From Eledone cirrhosa (lineage: Eukaryota), in the NCBI GenBank assembly GCA_964016885.1, contig OZ024745.1, forward strand, positions 7,316,001 to 7,380,000: 64,000 nucleotides of DNA, in the 5' to 3' direction. The notes below the pieces were generated by a model that was not told where the DNA came from, made no database searches, and saw only the letters and a list, made by a program, of their open reading frames with translations. The translations under genes and the position numbers were made by a program. Shown one piece after another: positions 59,401 to 64,000 of this stretch. How positions within the stretch are numbered: the stretch's first letter is position 1; each line of letters starts with the position of its first letter.

Positions 59401-62400
59401 CAATACCTCACTACTGTAGACACTACCACACTACTGTAGACACTACCACACTACTGTAGACACTACCACACTATTGTAGACACTACCTCACTACTGTAGA
59501 CACTACCTCACTACTGTAGACACTACCACACTATTGTAGACACTACCACACTATTGTAGACACAACCTCACTATTGTAGACACTACCACACTTCTAGACA
59601 CTACCACACTTCTAGACACTACCTCACTATTGTAGACACTACCACACTACTGTAGACACTACCACACTACTGTAGACACTACCACACTACTGTAGACACT
59701 ACCACACTATTGTATACACTACCACACTACTGTAGACACTACCACACTACTGTAGACACTACCACACTATTGTAGACACTACCTCACTATTGTATACACT
59801 ACCACACTACTGTAGAAACTAGCACACTACCACACTACTGTAGACACTACCACACTATTGTAGACACTACCACACTATTGTAGACACTACCTCACTACTG
59901 TAGACACTACCTCACTACTGTAGACACTACCTCACTACTGTAGACACTACCACACTATTGTAGACAATACCTCACTACTGTAGACACTACCACACTACTG
60001 TAGACACTACCACACTACTGTAGACACTACCACACTATTGTAGACACTACCTCACTACTGTAGACACTACCTCACTACTGTAGACACTACCACACTATTG
60101 TAGACACTACCACACTATTGTAGACAATACCTCACTACTGCAGACACTACCACACTACTGTAGACACTATCTCACTACTGTAGACACTACCTCACTACTG
60201 TAGACACTACCACACTATTGTAGACACTACCTCACTACTGTAGACACTACCACACTACTGTAGACACTACCACACTACTGTAGACACTACCTCACTACGG
60301 TAGACACTACCACACTATTGTAGACACTACCACACTATTGTAGACACTACCTCACTACTGTAGACACTACCTCACTACTGTAGACACTACCACACTATTG
60401 TAGACACTACCTCACTACTGTAGACACTACCACTCTACTGTAGACACTACCTCACTACTGTAGACACTACCACACTATTGTAGACACTACCTCACTATTG
60501 TATTCACTACCACACTACTGTAGACACTACCTCACTACTGTAGACACTACCACACTACTGTAGACACTACCACACTATTGTAGAAACTACCTCACTACTG
60601 TAGACACTACCTCACTACTGTAGACACTACCACACTATTGTAGACACTACCTCACTATTGTATTCACTACCACACTACTGTAGACACTACCTCACTACTG
60701 TAGACAGTACCACACTACTGTAGACACTACCACACTATTGTAGACACTACCTCACTACTGTAGACACTACCTCACTACTGTAGACACTACCACACTACTA
60801 CACTATTGTAGACACTACCTCACTACAGTAGACACTACCTCACTACTGTAGACACTACCACACTATTGTAGACAATACCTCACTACTGTAGACACTACCA
60901 CACTGCTGTAGACACTACCACACTACCTCACTACTGTAGACACTACCTCACTACTGTAGACACTACCACACTATTGTAGACACTACCACACTATTGTAGA
61001 CAATACCTCACTACTGCAGACACTACCACACTACTGTAGACACTACCTCACTACTGTAGACACTACCTCACTAGTGTAGACACTACCACACTATTGCAGA
61101 CACTACCTCACTACTGTAGACACTACCACACTACTGTAGACACTACCACACTACTGTAGACACTACCACACTACTGTAGACACTACCTCACTACTGTAGA
61201 CACTACCACACTATTGTAGACACTACCACACTATTGTAGACACTACCTCACTACTGTAGACACTACCTCACTACTGTAGACACTACCTCACTACTGTAGA
61301 CACTACCACTCTACTGTAGACACTACCTCACTACTGTAGACACTACCACACTATTGTAGACACTACCTCACTACTGTAGACAGTACCACTCTACTGTAGA
61401 CACTACCTCACTACTGTAGACACTACCACACTATTGTAGACACTACCACACTATTGTAGACACTACCTCACTATTGTATTCACTACCACACTACTGTAGA
61501 CACTACCACACTACTGTAGACACTACCTCACTACTGTAGACACTACCACACTACTGTAGACACTACCACACTATTGTAGACACTACCTCACTAGTGTAGA
61601 CACTACCACACTATTGTAGACACTACCTCACTACTGTAGACACTACCACACTACTGTAGACACTACCACACTACTGTAGACACTACCTCACTACTGTAGA
61701 CACTACCACACTATTGTAGACACTACCACACTATTGTAGACACTACCACACTATTGTAGACACTACCTCACTACTGTAGACACTACCTCACTACTGTAGA
61801 CACTACCTCACTACTGTAGACACTACCACTCTACTGTAGACACTACCTCACTACTGTAGACACTACCACACTATTGTAGACACTACCTCACTACTGTAGA
61901 CACTACCTCACTATTGTAGACACTACCACACTACTGTAGACACTACAACACTACTGTAGACACTACCTCACTATTGTAGACACTACCACACTATTGTAGA
62001 CACTACCACACTACTGTAGACACTACCACACTACTGTAGACACTACCACACTACTGTATACACTACCACACTACTGTAGACACTACCACACTATCGTAGA
62101 CACTACCTCACTAATGTAGACACTACTACACTATTGTAGACACAACCTCACTATTGTAGACACTACCACACTTCTAGACACTACCTCACTATTGTAGACA
62201 CTACCACACTACTGTAGACACTACCACACTACTGTAGACACTACCACACTACTGTAGACACTACCACACTACTGTATACACTACCACACTACTATAGACA
62301 CTACCACACTACTGTAGACACTACCACACTATTGTAGACACTACCTCACTATTGTATACACTACCACACTACTGTAGACACTACCTCACTACTGTAGAAA

Positions 62401-64000
62401 CTAGCACACTACCACACTATTATAGCCACTACCTCACTACTGTAGACACTACCTCACTACTGTAGACACTACCACACTATTGTAGACACTACCTCACTAT
62501 TGTAGACACTACCTCACTATTGTATTCACTACCACACTACTGTAGACACTACCTCACTACTGTAGACACTACCACACTACTGTAGACACTACCTCACTAC
62601 TGTAGACACCACCTCACTACTGTAGACACTACCACACTATTGTAGACAATACCTCACTACTGTAGACACTACCACACTACTGTAGACACTACCACACTAC
62701 TGTAGACACTACCACACTACTGTAGACACTACCACACTACTGTAGACACTACCACACTATTGTAGACACTACCTCACTACTGTAGACACTACCTCACTAC
62801 TGTAGACACTACCACACTATTGTAGACAATACCTCACTACTGTAGACACTACCACACTACTGTAGACACTACCACACTATTGTAGACACTACCACACTAT
62901 TGTAGACACTACCTCACTACTGTAGTCACTACCTCACTACTGTAGACACTACCACACTATTGTAGACACTACCTCACTATTGTATTCACTACCACACTAC
63001 TGTAGACACTACCTCACTACTGTAGACACTACCACACTACTGTAGACACTACCACACTACCTCACTACTGTAGACACTACCTCACTACTGTAGACACTAC
63101 CACACTATTGTAGACACTACCACACTATTGTAGACAATACCTCACTACTGCAGACACTACCACACTACTGTAGACACTACCTCACTACTGTAGACACTAC
63201 CTCACTAGTGTAGACACTACCACACTATTGTAGACACTACCTCACTACTGTAGACACTACCACACTACTGTAGACACTACCACACTACTGTAGACACTAC
63301 CACACTACTGTAGACACTACCTCACTACTGTAGACACTACCACACTATTGTAGACACTACCACACTATTGTAGACACTACCACACTACTGTAGACACTAC
63401 CTCACTACTGTAGACACTACCTCACTACTGTAGACACTACCTCACTACTGTAGACACTACCACTCTACTGTAGACACTACCTCACTACTGTAGACACTAC
63501 CACACTATTGTAGACACTACCTCACTACTGTAGACACTACCTCACTACTGTAGACACTACCACACTATTGTAGACACTACCACACTATTGTAGACACTAC
63601 CACACTATTGTAGACACTACCTCACTATTGTATTCACTACCACACTACTGTAGACACTACCTCACTACTGTAGACACTACCACACTACTGTAGACACTAC
63701 CACACTATTGTAGACACTACCTCACTACTGTAGACACTACCTCACTACTGTAGACACTACCACACTATTGTAGACACTACCTCACTATTGTATTCACTAC
63801 CACACTACTGTAGACACTACCTCACTACTGTAGACACTACCACACTACTGTAGACACTACCACACTATTGTAGACACTACCTCACTACTGTAGACACTAC
63901 CTCACTACTATAGACACTACCTCACTACTGTAGACACTACCACACTACTGTAGACACTACCACACTATTGTAGACACTACCTCACTACTGTAGACACTAC
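23442..64000. repeat. 20-bp satellite array CACTA[C/T]TGTAGACACTACC[A/T], over 40.5 kb (about 2,000 monomers), continuing past the window end
   Basis: Uninterrupted tandem array with two high-frequency variable positions, rare diagnostic variants and occasional 8-, 17- and 18-bp units. TAG codons on both strands cycle through all frames, so there are no ORFs. Confidence 0.99.

Noticed and set aside
23442-64000. CRISPR array or coding repeat
   Set aside because: There are no unique spacers and no cas genes, the context is eukaryotic, and stops occur in all six frames.
23442-64000. let-7 miRNA gene cluster
   Set aside because: Only nt 1-9 and a short 3' segment match let-7, and there is no pre-miRNA hairpin with a star arm. 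It is reported as a seed/target array instead.
23442-64000. Recursive splice sites (AG|GT) on the Axin sense strand
   Set aside because: The motif is GAG|GTAGTG, which lacks YAG, a polypyrimidine tract and a good GTRAGT donor.

Overview
Eukaryotic animal genomic DNA, AT-rich and dense in microsatellites. The SINE, RTE and MITE content resembles octopus/cephalopod DNA (inference, not verified). Bases 1-15,000 are a mobile-element and simple-repeat zone containing a Penelope-like retroelement whose minus-strand RT + GIY-YIG frame is open for 411 codons to the window edge, a decayed 5'-truncated RTE LINE, a CRE-like fragment, several tRNA-derived SINEs, two striking palindromes and a 54-bp minisatellite. 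Bases 18,175-22,544 hold the last five coding exons of an Axin gene on the minus strand, ending in the DIX domain, all joined by phase-2 GT-AG introns. From about 23,442 to the window end there is one uninterrupted array (over 40 kb) of a 20-bp satellite, CACTA[C/T]TGTAGACACTACC[A/T], which appears to lie inside an Axin intron. The array has nested kb-scale duplications. Its T variant contains ACTACCTCA, the exact complement of let-7 nt 1-9, so the + strand is a very large tandem array of canonical let-7 8mer sites.
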